NCBI GenBank assembly: GCA_000934665.2
Contig: KZ538580.1
Location: 1-60,914, forward strand
Direction of reading: 5' to 3'
From: Catajapyx aquilonaris
Taxonomy: Eukaryota
Length of the DNA stretch: 60,914 nt
This document shows positions 38,701 to 50,117 of this stretch, one piece after another. Position 1 is the first letter of the stretch, and each line of letters starts with the position of its first letter. The notes beneath the pieces were generated by a model. It had not been told where the DNA came from. It made no database searches and saw only the letters and a program-made list of their open reading frames with translations. The position numbers were made by a program, and so were the translations under genes.

Positions 38701-41700
38701 GCCCCCCAAGCAAGCCGCCCCAGCACCTGAGCCTGCTAAGACAGTGGCAGCACCTGCTCCCAAAGAAGAAGAGGACTTTGATCCCTGGGCAGGAGTTGAT
38801 CCCGATGCCATGCCCAGGAGGAAGTCCAACTATGAGCTGGCGGTGGAAGCTGCCGAGGAGGTGCAGAAATACCTGGAACAAGGTATAACATCATAATTCA
38901 ATGATACATATGTTGCTTAACATAGATATCTTCTCCCCGGCAGTGGCTTCCCAGGAGATTAAGGGGGCCCCAGACGAGAAGGAGGTCAGGTAAGCATATA
39001 TCCACCCCACACACTGTAAAGCCATGCACTGATGATTCAATGAAGACATCACTTTCACTTCATCTGTCACTAACAGAAGTAGCATAGGCTTACAACTCAT
39101 GTAGTGTCGCTTATTAGTTTTCATATTATCGAAGGCCATATTATTTTTACTCGATTGCACAGTCAATGTTTGTTTTTCCCCAATAATCGCCTTCGACAAC
39201 ACTGTATATTCTCATCTATACAAATTTGTATTTGTCGCTCACCGTAATGGATATACGCAGCGGCGCAAATGCGAGAATATTCTTCTACTCTTTCTACACT
39301 CAATCCTTCTTCCTTTTATGTACGTTCATGATTGCAATAAATGATTCGAAATGTTCAACCCATCACTCCATCACTTTCTTGGTTCCCAAACCTATATCAC
39401 TTCATTCAACGTGACTACGTTCTTTGGTGAACAGTTGGGATGACTTGGCTGCAAGGAACGTTGGTCCTGACCTGGTAGAACATCCTCACACTTGTGCTTC
39501 TGAAACCTCTTACTTAATTCAGGATGACGTTCTTTTGTGAAAAGTTTATGTTGGAAGAAGCTGGCTGCAAGGAACGTTCATCCTGAACTGGTAGAACACC
39601 TTTATGTTGAGACGGAGGCATCTATTTAGTAGGAACACTTTTTTTCAGAGCTGAAATAGATAGCCAGTCTCTTGTGCCACCCTTATCACCCATTTAAGTG
39701 TCATATAGAATAAACCTATAATATTCCTATACCTTCAGCATGCCTTCATATCAATGTTTCAGGACTTTCACATTGTCATCATCGTTTACATTACTGGAAG
39801 TAGCCATCGTCATGCATTTGCGCTGTGTATATGCATTTTAGGAATTATGACACTCACTGCATGTGGTGCTCTTCTTCGGAGCCCATGTGTGACGGGCAGA
39901 TTCTGAATCACCATCATTGCCATAATTATGTGTCTAGAAAGTTGAGTCCCTAGGGTGATGGAACCTTACACAAGTTGGTGGGAACATTCAACAGTTTGCT
40001 CTGGATGTTTGCAGCATTGTGGTGGATGCCACGGAACCCAGTGTCACCCCTGCAGCGCCTGCCCCTGCCGATGTGTCCGTTAAACCAGACACCGTCGCAC
40101 CTGAAGCTGTACAACAAGCTCAGGTTTGTACAAATACATTTTTCGATAAGCCGCCCAGTTCCCCCATTCCGCTTCGACATATCGAAAAAGATCTACAAGA
40201 GGATCTACCTGCCAAGCAGAGATACTGGGTCGTCCGATAATTATTGAAACATTGTTGTAGTTTTCGTATTCGTATGGGTACACACTTGAACATTTCACAT
40301 TACCTAAGTGTAGTCCCCAGCTATTTTTATCACATTTTTTCATATCTCTGAACGGCTTCGAACGTTGTCAGCAACGTCTTTTGTGGAGGTGCCACGCAGA
40401 GATCGCCCTGAGACAATCTTCCCTGGTACAGAAACGAAAGCCACGTAGGGGTTCCTTAATTTTTTGAGTTGATCGTAGACACATGTATTCATGTCAGGTG
40501 AATAGGGAGTGTGTTGCAACAGCTCCCATTCCCATTTCTGAAGAAGTTTCCTAACAACAATGGCCACATGGCAGAGCGTTGTCGTGGAAGAGGATCCCCT
40601 CTACAACAAATTTCTGGGCAGAGATGATGTTGTACTGGCAGATTTTCCACTTGAAACAGGGACAAACAGGGATCTTGATGAAGCAGGGCTGTCTTGGGCG
40701 ATCGCGAGGAGGGTGTACACTTTGAACAGGCATTGCTCCGCACATACCGGTACTGCTGCGAGTGCTTCGCCAATGATACCGCAGGGTTTCCCAGGGCTGA
40801 CTAAAAGTAGTACCTATCCACACTCAGTCTTGGCAACCTGGGGTACCGAGTGGTAACAGTGTTGCCAATAATTATCGGACAACCTTATTACCTACTCTGA
40901 CTTCATCCCATCTCATATGACACTCCTTATACTCATTGCTGCATCTCATCTCGTCATGCATCCCAATAAAATAAAGATATAAGACACTCACAAAGGACAA
41001 AACATCGTCGTATGTGGTGGAATTGGAATATTATGCCATCTTGGAGGCAAGAAGCACATGAAAATCCAACAGAATCGGCTTATTTTCACATGAGTACATC
41101 TGAATATCATGACAGCCCATGTGACCCCATTCATCATCTGAACTACCGATCGTCACTGTTTCTTCCAACAAGCTCATCAATGTGTGCCCTCAAGATTCTC
41201 CAGCAGCTTCTTCACATCCGACAGGTTTGCTTTTTTAAATAGGGAGATCCTGAGTGTAAAGTGCTGGGTCTTATAGGATGTCCCACACGTACTCTGCCTG
41301 AATTACAAGATTACCGAATACGCGTATATAAGATATTCACGTACAGCGTGTGACCCATCACCGATCGAAGCTAGAGTGTCACGAGCCATGTCAGGGACAG
41401 ATGCACAACACTTTCGGTTACTCCGGGAAAATGTGCACATGAGGACCACTCTACACCCAGGATCTCCCTATAAAAGAAGCAAACCTGTCGGATGTGAAGA
41501 AGCTGCTGGAGAATCTTGAGTGGTGATACCAGGGCATTGATGTGCTTGTTGAAAGAAACGGTGATGATGATGGTTCAGATGATGACTGAAGTCACAAGTC
41601 ATGGGCTGTCATGATATTCAGATGAAGGTTGTTTCCCATTTCGCTGATTGAGCTGGCAGGAAATAGGCGAAATCGCACCCTTTCTCGAAGGAAGTGAATT

Positions 41701-44140
41701 CTGATAAACATTAATTTGGTGACACCTTTGCACCCGATTCCCATTACAGTATTTATGAAATGGAATTGTCAAGTACTTGTCAATGACACGTTCATCACGT
41801 ATCACTTGTACGTACTTGCTAATGAAATGGGTCCCATAAAGATGAAAGTTGAAGTGTTGTCGGCAAATATGTTTCGGATGAGTGTCGCTTCGTACCAAAA
41901 TGTACAGTAGATTTCTTTCGTGAGAGGGGTCCTCGGGTTAAATTTCAATGGACGCGTTTAATAGGTACATCAGAATTACTGGCATACATAATATATTCAA
42001 CCAGAGAATGGTTATGACATCACAAGTCTTGTTTACAGTCACTGTTGTCCATTGTGACATCACTCCTAATATACGTAAAATGAGAGAACGATCTGACGTC
42101 ATCAAGGTTTCCATGGAAATATTCTCACAGAACAATATGAGTAAACAATGTCAACAAAAAGCAACAATGTAAAAAAACGATGACGTCAGATCGTTTTCCG
42201 TATATTATTCTATAGCTGAATCAATAATACTTAAGTGTGGAGTGGCCTTTTAAAGGATTAATTTCGCCGTATTCCTTGATAATTCGGAGGAAGAAACCCC
42301 GATAAAACTTGTCATGAGTGCACATTAAAGTTTTATGGCTGCGGACTTCTTGCCAGATTATTTCTGTCAATCATATGGGCTTACTTTATATTTTCCCCCA
42401 CAACGCGTGGTCAATGATCACTTCTTCAGGATGATGTGTGTTTTTCTGTGTCTTATTATTGGAATACGAAAATCTTGCACCATAGCCATCACAGAAGGCT
42501 TGCTTGGTTTTTGTGCTGTGCCAAAAAGGAGTATCTAAATCTATACATTAAACGTTCATAATGATGGAAAATGGCATTACACTGTTTATGCGCGAATAAT
42601 TATTTTTGAATCTTGACTGGTTGGGATATATGCCACACGATTCATTCAATTTTTAGTGTAGGCCTAATCATACTGGTGCAAAATGCTACTGAATTTTTTC
42701 CCAGTAACAATATTCTTAAAGCTGTGAGAATCTTAATTGTAATTGTAGGAGTTTGCACTTTTTTAGTTTCACATTGGCACAGAGCAATCTAAAAGACAGT
42801 ATGTTAAATATGTGCTATATTGTAACTGTCACCTGGAGGACAATCATATACACGCAGTGAAAATGGCATGACGTGCATAACTGAAATAATTTGTGATATA
42901 TTAAATGACAGTTGCATATTAATATAAAAATGAATCTCAATTTTTGTGTAATTTGTCCTTATAGCGAAGGTAGCAAATGCATTTTCTTTCAATAACATTC
43001 TAAATATATTAATGCAAAACATTTTATATTCATACTGTCGCCTCACAAGAACAGATATGAAAATTTTAAATACGGAAGCTCTTTTAGTAGATACATGTGG
43101 AATTGCTTCTGGCAATTTTAAACTACAAAATTGTAACTTTCATGCTATTTACATATCGGAATCAAAAGAAAAAAAGGTTATAATTTGTACTTGATGTTAT
43201 TAGAAATACTCTCTACTAAAAGGGGAACATCCATGATCCATGAAAACAAGAGTCGCAGGGAAATTCACGACTCATAGAAAGAGTAGGCTCTTTGCAAAAT
43301 TTTAGCCGCCCAAAGCCAAAAGAAGGGGAACAGTAGCCCGGATGGGGAAAACCCCGTATTCACTAATGCAGTATATGGTGTGTGACAAGTTCTAATTTTA
43401 TGTGGCTGTCCATATTCCAAGACGTATAAGATGCGATTCGTTTCGTGGGTTATCCACGAAATACTTGTACTGTACATCGTTCTTATTAGTCCCACACTCA
43501 TACAACTTCACAGCATAAGGCATAAGCACAAGGTGATGGGCACTACATGCATATATTTAAGGGATGACCCGCATTTCTCTCTACGCATTGTTAAATCAAA
43601 GTACTTAGCAGTCCCAAAGGTCAGTTACATCAATAAGATTTATTATTAATATAACGAATTGTTTCCAATCATTAGGATGAGTCCCAGCAACGAAGGGATG
43701 AATTTGCAAAACTCATCGATGAACACCAAGAAGTTGTTAAGACCATCCAACGGATTGAAAGCTGCACAGAGGAAGAATCTGCACCCCAGGAGACCCCAGT
43801 TGAAGTGCCTCAAGAAGCACCAGCCCAAGAGGTCCCACTGGAACTGTCAGCAGAGGCCTCTACAATAGAAGCGGCACCAATTGCAGAGGGATCAAAAGAC
43901 GTACCTATTGCAGAAGCACCAACTGCAGAAGCACCAATTGCAGAAGCACCCGCTGCTGAAGCACCAATTGCGGAAGCAGCCATTGCTGAAGCACCAGTAT
44001 CTACAGCCCCCATTACTGAAGCGCCTGTCACAGATGCACCAACTGCAGAAATTCCAGCGGCAGAGGCACCAGCAACAGTAGAGGCACCAGCAACAGAGGC
44101 ACCAGCAACTGCAGAGGCACCAGTTGCAGAGACTGCCTAA
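23774..44140 (+). CDS. fau: fau (anoxia up-regulated)/CG45076-family protein, long isoform
   Basis: Phase-compatible GT-AG exons: 23774-23845 (MVYESYYSRPLYSARPITTTTYYT), 33265-33450, 33646-33749 (DFDATTRGIRRQATSMLAR), 34542-34840 (…MSIYPEP…GRGNLSCMSYAG…DKVSNEINSRSYY), 37378-37481, 37770-38064, 38147-38275, 38334-38882, 38944-38989, 40015-40123, 43676-44140 (stop). The MVYES start and these motifs resemble insect fau-family proteins as recalled. This is not the ribosomal S30 fusion gene FAU. Confidence 0.8.
27963..28296 (+). mobile_element. pogo/Tigger-like MITE
   Basis: GGTTGAGAATAC...GAAATGCTTGGGACCGGAATTGTTTCGGATTTTGG ... TATTCTCAACCTG inverted termini. Confidence 0.8.
31648..31881 (+). 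CDS. fau: Alternative terminal exon of the fau-family gene (short Ser/Tyr-rich isoform, spliced from 23774-23845)
   Basis: Acceptor CTACCTGACAG, phase 0; SPRHYYLGYDSP...TGSGPGGYSSSYYSSGNYRSPYGTTLRHFSYRV*. The GPGGYS…RHFSYxV* ending is characteristic of the short fau isoform as recalled. Confidence 0.85.
   Translation, partial: SPRHYYLGYDSPSSIRREDYYSRSSSSSVPRVYSSSYSSETTRSTGSGPGGYSSSYYSSGNYRSPYGTTLRHFSYRV
35592..35605 (+). CDS. Candidate alternative micro terminal coding exon (DGEK*) of the fau-family gene
   Basis: Strong acceptor TTTCTACCTCCTTTCAG, phase 1 matching the donor at 34840, then a UTR-like tract with AATAAA at ~35873. Confidence 0.55.
37773..37935 (+). repeat. Coding 15-bp tandem repeat encoding (GNPGH)n
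   Basis: GGCAA(C/T)CCCGGCCAC units; 9 NPG tripeptides, 7 of them NPGH. Confidence 0.9.
38411..38548 (+). repeat. Coding 12-bp tandem repeat encoding (KKEE)11
   Basis: AAGAAGGAGGA(A/G) units with synonymous variation only. Confidence 0.92.
40225..40886 (-). mobile_element. Decayed mariner element in a fau intron
   Basis: Inverted ends GGTCGTCCGATAATTATTG / CAATAATTATCGGACAACC; minus-strand frameshifted transposase motifs LFHDNA and WELLQHTPYSPDM (mariner HDNA and YSPDL). Confidence 0.85.
41097..41624. repeat. Inverted repeat (~170-bp arms) made of transposase-like coding remnant
   Basis: CATCTGAATATCATGACAGCCCATG...CTCAAGATTCTCCAGCAGCTTCTTCACATCCGACAGGTTTGC is mirrored at ~41450-41624. Confidence 0.82.
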
Positions 44141-45779
44141 GACACTCTTGCAAGGGTCATGATCTATAATTATTGTAAAAGATTGACGAGTGTCTTTAAT
44201 GAGTCTTCTTTTTTGTCCGGACAAAGGATTTTGACCTAATTTCGGGTAATTGTAACAGAAATTCTGACGGAGTGGGGGAAGACCACCTTTCCATGACATG
44301 TATTTTATCCACAGTATTTCTACAAAACAGCACACTTTTCCAGTCTTGGAGTTAAAAGGTGTCGCGTTTTGCCTGACATTTTTATAAGTGTTTTCATGGA
44401 TCACAACAATACACGTATGTTTGTCTGCATTCAATGTTGGCAGAGAAAATCAATTTTATGGGCTGTAAAGTAATTCAAGGAATGTTAATTCTGTAGTAAG
44501 CAGAAATAACATTTTTCGTTCAATCAATTATTTTTCCAACCATCCAAATTCATGTAGCATACCTCCAAGTACGGCAAAACAATAACTGAACCTACAGTAA
44601 CTGCAGAACTATTTAAGCCACAATTTATTGCGTAGGAATGTTGTAATACTCTGCTCATAACTACTTCACAAACAAATTTAATCTTATTTTTCATCAGTCG
44701 AGTATACAGTACACAAAAAATCCCTCGTGACCAGGACTTTTTGTAATGTATCAATTTGTGATGTTCTTATTTTCTTACTGTGCAAAGTCATAATCTTGAT
44801 AATTATACGGCTTTGCTTCCCAGATAAGTACTGATAATACTGTATATCATAACTAACACGAATAAAAAGGAATGGAAATGTGTATTTATATATAATAATA
44901 TATTGATACAACCCTTTCATCATCTTCAGAGGATTATGGACGTACCTTAGAGCAATACTCTTTAACCTTGGGAGGTAATGACTGAGTTATTTGTCTGGAA
45001 AATATTTCAATGTGCCCATATGTAGAGCGATAGTCAGATCAATTAATATATGACTTATCCTCCTGAGAAAAAAAAAAGCGTCAACTGAAATTGACGCATT
45101 TTTTTTGTTTGTTTTTGTTTTTGTTTTTCTTTGCTGATGTCCAATATGTTGGACATTAGGTCTCAAGAGGTTATAGTATATTTTCGCGTCAGACACTGTA
45201 TAGGCGTATATAATATTGATGTGAGATTTCTGATGGCTAAGTCAGTTCTTTGATGGAGCAATATTACAACCTCCACAATTAATGCTTGAGAAAAACTGGC
45301 TATACGTAATATTCACACTTCAAACCTTCATATCTCTAAATCCTTCCGATGTAGCTTTGACAGTTCTGCATTTCAGGTCTTCAAATGTATAGGACGACTT
45401 ATTTTTATAACCACCAGGAATTTGGGGTGTGTGGGGGAAACATACCTCAGAGTGGGGCCAAGGAGAGAAATACATTACATATTTGGAGATGACTTTTGGA
45501 ATATGGTTCGAATCAGTTTTTAAATCAGTTGTCAGCTGTTAATGTAGTTTGAAAGCACCAAGACCCAACTACACAGTTTTGTTTTCCAAGCTGGTGCTCT
45601 GAAGAGAGTTCCAGAACCACAGTCTTTTACTCTCTGCCATATTCAGTCCAGCTGGGTACACATGACACCCCTCCCCCTCCCCACACACACGCGCGCGCGC
45701 GCACCTACTACACCTATTAGCCTTACATTTTCACAAAAGATAATCAACGATCATTGTAGTATTTTAAAAATTATTAATA

Positions 45780-45930
45780 CAGGTTGAGAATATATTTTAT
45801 CCGAAATGCTTAGGACAGGAAGTGTTTTGGATCTCGTTTTTTTTTTCTTCTTATTTTGAAATATTTATGTGCAGTATTTACATATAAAAAATAAGACAGC
45901 TTTGAGATGGGATAATAAATGCCTGAACAC
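45780..45930 (+). mobile_element. pogo/Tigger-like MITE, truncated
   Basis: TA|CAGGTTGAGAATAT...ATCCGAAATGCTTAGGACAGGAAGTGTTTTGGAT. Confidence 0.68.
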
Positions 45931-48107
45931 TGTAGGCCTACTTGTATCCATATCTTTTCTTAATTCAATAGTATGTACAGTAGGCCTACACCACACATTC
46001 ACCCATCCCTCCTCCATGGGTGATATTATCCCTGCCGGATATTTCCTATGCTGCTAATAAAATTTTAATTGCCACTGCATATTGTAATTAAGAGTCAAAT
46101 TCAATGCTGCATTGTTGTTTTGGTTTTTGTGGTGGCAAAATTAAGTGAAAAATTTTGCCAGTGTCAGCATTTTCTGTCCCATTCATTAACAAATCCGGAG
46201 TAAAAAATAATGCCACATGCGACATTCCAATTTCCTTCACACACAGTCAGCTTGGACAGCTTCTCTCGCATCCCATTATAGGCTCTATTTCTCACCAAAA
46301 TGAGATAGCGAATGGGCTGTTTTTAGCTTTAAATGTAATTAATGTCAGTGTCAGGGTGACATGCCTCTTGCATCAGGGTGAATTACCATGCTTGCCCTGG
46401 AATTTAGTTGGTGGCCTGCAGTTTGCTTGTACACTACAATGGTAGCCAGATGAAATAGGTCAGCATTGGGATGGTCTTTCTTGGCCTATGGCAGAGCCCT
46501 GGAGGATTTTGGTCAAACAATACCTACCCTGTAAGGAGACACTAGCAGATGCAGCAGTGTGGTAGGTGAATGCTTCAAGTTGATTTTTTAAAACGCTGAA
46601 TGTTGCAGGAATCCAGCAGAGATGAATGAATCTCAACCAGTCAATGAAAAAGTCAATTTTTCACTGTGGCCAAAATTGTAAAAGCATTTCATATCAACCT
46701 GACACACATATTTTGAACATGCTTTCATCCCTTCTATGCCAATAAGCAACAACAATACAGCAACAGGTTGTTCTGGGGTTGATGTGGAGAAGTCATATTA
46801 TGCTAAAATCACTGCCCTGGGTGTAAAGGGGTTTATAGTAATTGTGTGGGGTATCTAGCCTAAGATTGCGCCCGAAGTGTGGGCAGAATTTACCACTCTC
46901 GGTAATCATCAAGGGAGTTTTAAGTTGACAGGAGAAAACTATTTGTGCATACATGCGTACACCTCTACTTTTGTTTCATATAAGATGTTCTTCATAATTA
47001 AGCTTACATTTGTCATGATGTCATGCCCTGTTTGCATCCTAGCAGGGACGAGGAAGGGGTACACGGAAGGAAAAAGGAAAGAGAGGGAGAAAGGTTGCCA
47101 AGGAGTAGTAAGGAAGTTTGGTTCTGACCAGCTAAAATTTGGTGGGGTCGGGAATATGAAGCAGTAGACTCCACATTTCAACCAATGTGGACACTCATTC
47201 ATTCTTTCATTACATCACACATCAATCCCATCATGGGGTAGCCAGCGATGACCAGTGCACATAAAATACACCTAGCCATCTATGGACGTATCCCTAATAA
47301 ATATGAAGGCCCAAGGTATACCACTGGCAACCCCTTTCAGATTTGGTTATAGCTGCAACCTCTCCCTACACTTTTCCACTGTGATGCCACATATCAAGTT
47401 ACATCTTATCATTCATTGTACTGTACAATACTTTAAAAAGGCAAGCTCACTAATTGATTACAATACAGCCACTAACCACATGTAGCTTTCAAGCAGATTG
47501 AAAATAAATCAATGTTGCTTACATAACTATACCATTACCTGCCACTCCACAAACTGTAAGTATCAGCTACTGTTCAGTTGTTAGTTTATATTTAGTACAA
47601 TTCTGTATATTCTAACTGTAGGGTCAATACAAATTTGAACTCGATCAAGCTCAAGTCTAATACACAGTGTGCAGATGACCCAAAACTAAAAATCAATATC
47701 TCAAAATTAGTTTAGCACACACATATCTGAATAACGCCATGGAATAGGAAAAAATTTGAAGTATTTTTCTCAACATAATTTAATGTGCACACCTTAGCTA
47801 GACCAATCAAATGAAAATTATTCAATCCATGTGTTTTGTAGTATATTTGGTGTAACGACTGCCATAAAAACCCTTAGGCCAAGTGTCAACAGCTGAAGGG
47901 CATTGATGACCTTGACCTGGTGGACATTGTTCATCACATGTCCTCACAAGAAAATCCATTGAGGTCAAGCCCAGTCACCTACAAGGATATGTAATTATGC
48001 CCCTTGAGTAGTCTTTGTGGAGGCAGCTGTGACTGGGCCTCATACCTAAACCTGCTGGAGAATTATTACAACTAGATGGTGAATACACATCAGAACAGCC
48101 TCCTGCT

Positions 48108-48435
48108 GGGAAGGCGAAGTGGCGTTGCGGTAACGCACGCGCCCACGGATGGAAGGGTCCCAGGTTCGATACCAAGCCCGGGCATTCCCCCCTTTCATCT
48201 CATGCAGAGTTCTGTGGCATCTCCAGCTTCGTCTAGGATGGGATTTCCGATAGACGAACCACCCGGGGGAGCTCACAAAATGTCCACAGCAAATGACATT
48301 GCACTGGCACATTGCACATCCCTCCCAGTCACCCTGCCCTTGGACCAAGGGCCAATTCTACATTGTCAAATTCATGTACCCATGTGACAAATACAGGTCC
48401 ATGCTCAGACCTCTGAAGAGGTAGGCACTATACCC
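48108..48435 (+). mobile_element. tRNA-derived SINE, family A
   Basis: Head GGGAAGGCGAAGTGGCGTTGCGGTAACG...CAGGTTCGATACC; TSD AACAGCCTCCTG at 48094-48105 and 48436-48447. Confidence 0.9.
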
Positions 48436-48691
48436 AACAGCCTCCTGGTGAGGCATGATCTCAATCATGAGCAGTTTCTTGAAAGATGGATAGGTAGAGG
48501 TGGGGCAAATGCTTGGCCTCCTCGGTCATCAGACTTTACCCTGCAGGATTTTTCAGGTGGGGTCATGCAAATCACATGGTCTACCAGAATAAGGCTAAAA
48601 ATAACCTCCAAATGCTGACAGATCTTATAGGGGATGATGTCCCTGCAGTTAAACCCAACATGCTGCAAAACACTGTACAGATGTCAAATAT

Positions 48692-48712
48692 AACAACAAC
48701 AACAACAACCAC

Positions 48713-48759
<47 letters not shown>

Positions 48760-49103
48760 TAATAATAATAATGCTGGGGTAATATGGTTTCGCCCCTACC
48801 TGGGGGCATATCGCACGGACCTTTATTTGATGAAGATACATTTCGGCGCCTATTGATTGAAATGCCCGGGCCCACGGGCAGGATGACAGGAGGGGATGAG
48901 CCAGGTGCAGTGCAATGTCCTTGTGTGGCCATTTTTAGTGAACTCCTCCGGGTGGTTTGTCTTAATGGTAATACCACCCGAGACGAAGCCAGAGGTGACC
49001 CTGAACTCTGCACGAGATGAAGGGGGTGTCCCCGGGCGGGATTTGATCCCGGGACCTTAACATCCATGGGCGCATATGTTACCGCAGCGCCACTTTGCCT
49101 TCC
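48692..49103 (-). mobile_element. tRNA-derived SINE, family A, with long (TTA)n/(TTG)n tail
   Basis: Homologous to the 16091 copy; degenerate TSD TACAGATG(T/C)C(A/G)AATAT at 48676-48691 and 49105-49120. Confidence 0.9.
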
Positions 49104-49459
49104 TTACAGATGCCGAATATCATCCGTTCATTTTGCCAAGATGCATAAATATGTTTCCACATTAATATTAATTGAAAAATAATGTTGGGGAAAAATTATG
49201 AATATTTTCCTTTGCAGTGATTAATTCAGATATGCGTGTGTTACATCAATTTTCAGATACGAATTTTTACTTCTGGGTCATTTCTAGCTGCTCATACTGT
49301 ATAGACACCTTGATCTTTTGGCCTTCTCCTGTCACAGACAAGACCTTGCCTTCATTCAATTAGAAATCCATAACTTGTCAATGCCCCATGTCCAATCTTC
49401 TCCACCCTGGAAAAAATAATTTAAAAATGCATTATTCCTGTCTGTGCTCTTCCTCTCAG

Positions 49460-50033
49460 TCAACAAACCCAATTGAAGAAAAGTTCTACACTAAAGGACA
49501 AAATGGATAATCAAGGTATGTGATGCTTGTTATACTCAATACATACTCAATTGCACACTGATAGGCAATTTTACTATATCTCTAGGAACAGGTGATGAAC
49601 AATGTTCTCAACCAATGACAAATTCAGAGAAGGAATATGGCACTGCTTGCGGCAATTTCACAGCCCCACAGTAAGTGCAACTGAACTGATTATTATTATT
49701 GAAAACACTGACATTCTTGCTCAAGAATACACTATCTTTGGTAAGGATTGTTGTTGAAGATGAAATGGGTCAGCTTTTAAATAATGCACCATGCAGCAAC
49801 TTGGTACCACAAGTTACTACTGAAAAACAAATGGAGGAGATCAAGGTCAGCAAAAATAAAGTCAATAGTATGGGATTGGCTATTCATTGCTTTTGTCAAC
49901 TTTGCGTTAGGAGGAAATCAGTCAGCGCCGGAAACAATTTACCCAGCTGATGAATGACTATGAGGACATCTTGAAGGATATCAAAGCTGGCGAGAGAAAG
50001 ATAGAAACAGATGCAGCTGGGGAAGATGTCTAG
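49460..50033 (+). CDS. 3' exons of an unidentified gene with a coiled-coil-like C-terminus
   Basis: Exons 49460-49515, 49586-49670, 49746-49845 and 49911-50033 with 70/75/65-nt GT-AG introns join in one open frame ending …EKQMEEIKEEISQRRKQFTQLMNDYEDILKDIKAGERKIETDAAGEDV*. One acceptor is a weak AAG. No family recognised; 5' exons unresolved. Confidence 0.5.
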
Positions 50034-50117
50034 CAGTAGTGTCTTTTTATCAGTTCTGTTTGTTAGTTGTGCTACTTTTCTTGCTTGTCACATGGATTTG
50101 TTTGTTTTTGTTTCTCT

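Larger units (their letters stand above)
47663..49299 (+). mobile_element. Decayed Tc1/mariner-superfamily element carrying two SINE insertions
   Basis: Degenerate TIRs (ATGACCCA.AA.TAAAAAT...TATCT.AAAATT at both ends); transposase remnant at ~48475-48640 RWIGRGGANAWPPRSSDFTLQDF/F.WG. Confidence 0.75.

Noticed and set aside
37558..38881. Long minus-strand ORFs (poly-Leu/Phe/Ser, GRGCR repeats)
   Set aside because: Antisense shadows of the repetitive fau coding exons.
43810..44434. Minus-strand ORFs with WCF/WCL Cys-rich repeats
   Set aside because: Antisense reading of the EAP repeat exon.
48398..48420. Apparent AG..GT micro-exon of the unidentified plus-strand gene
   Set aside because: It lies within the 3' end of a family-A SINE (a similar sequence is in the 59547 copy).
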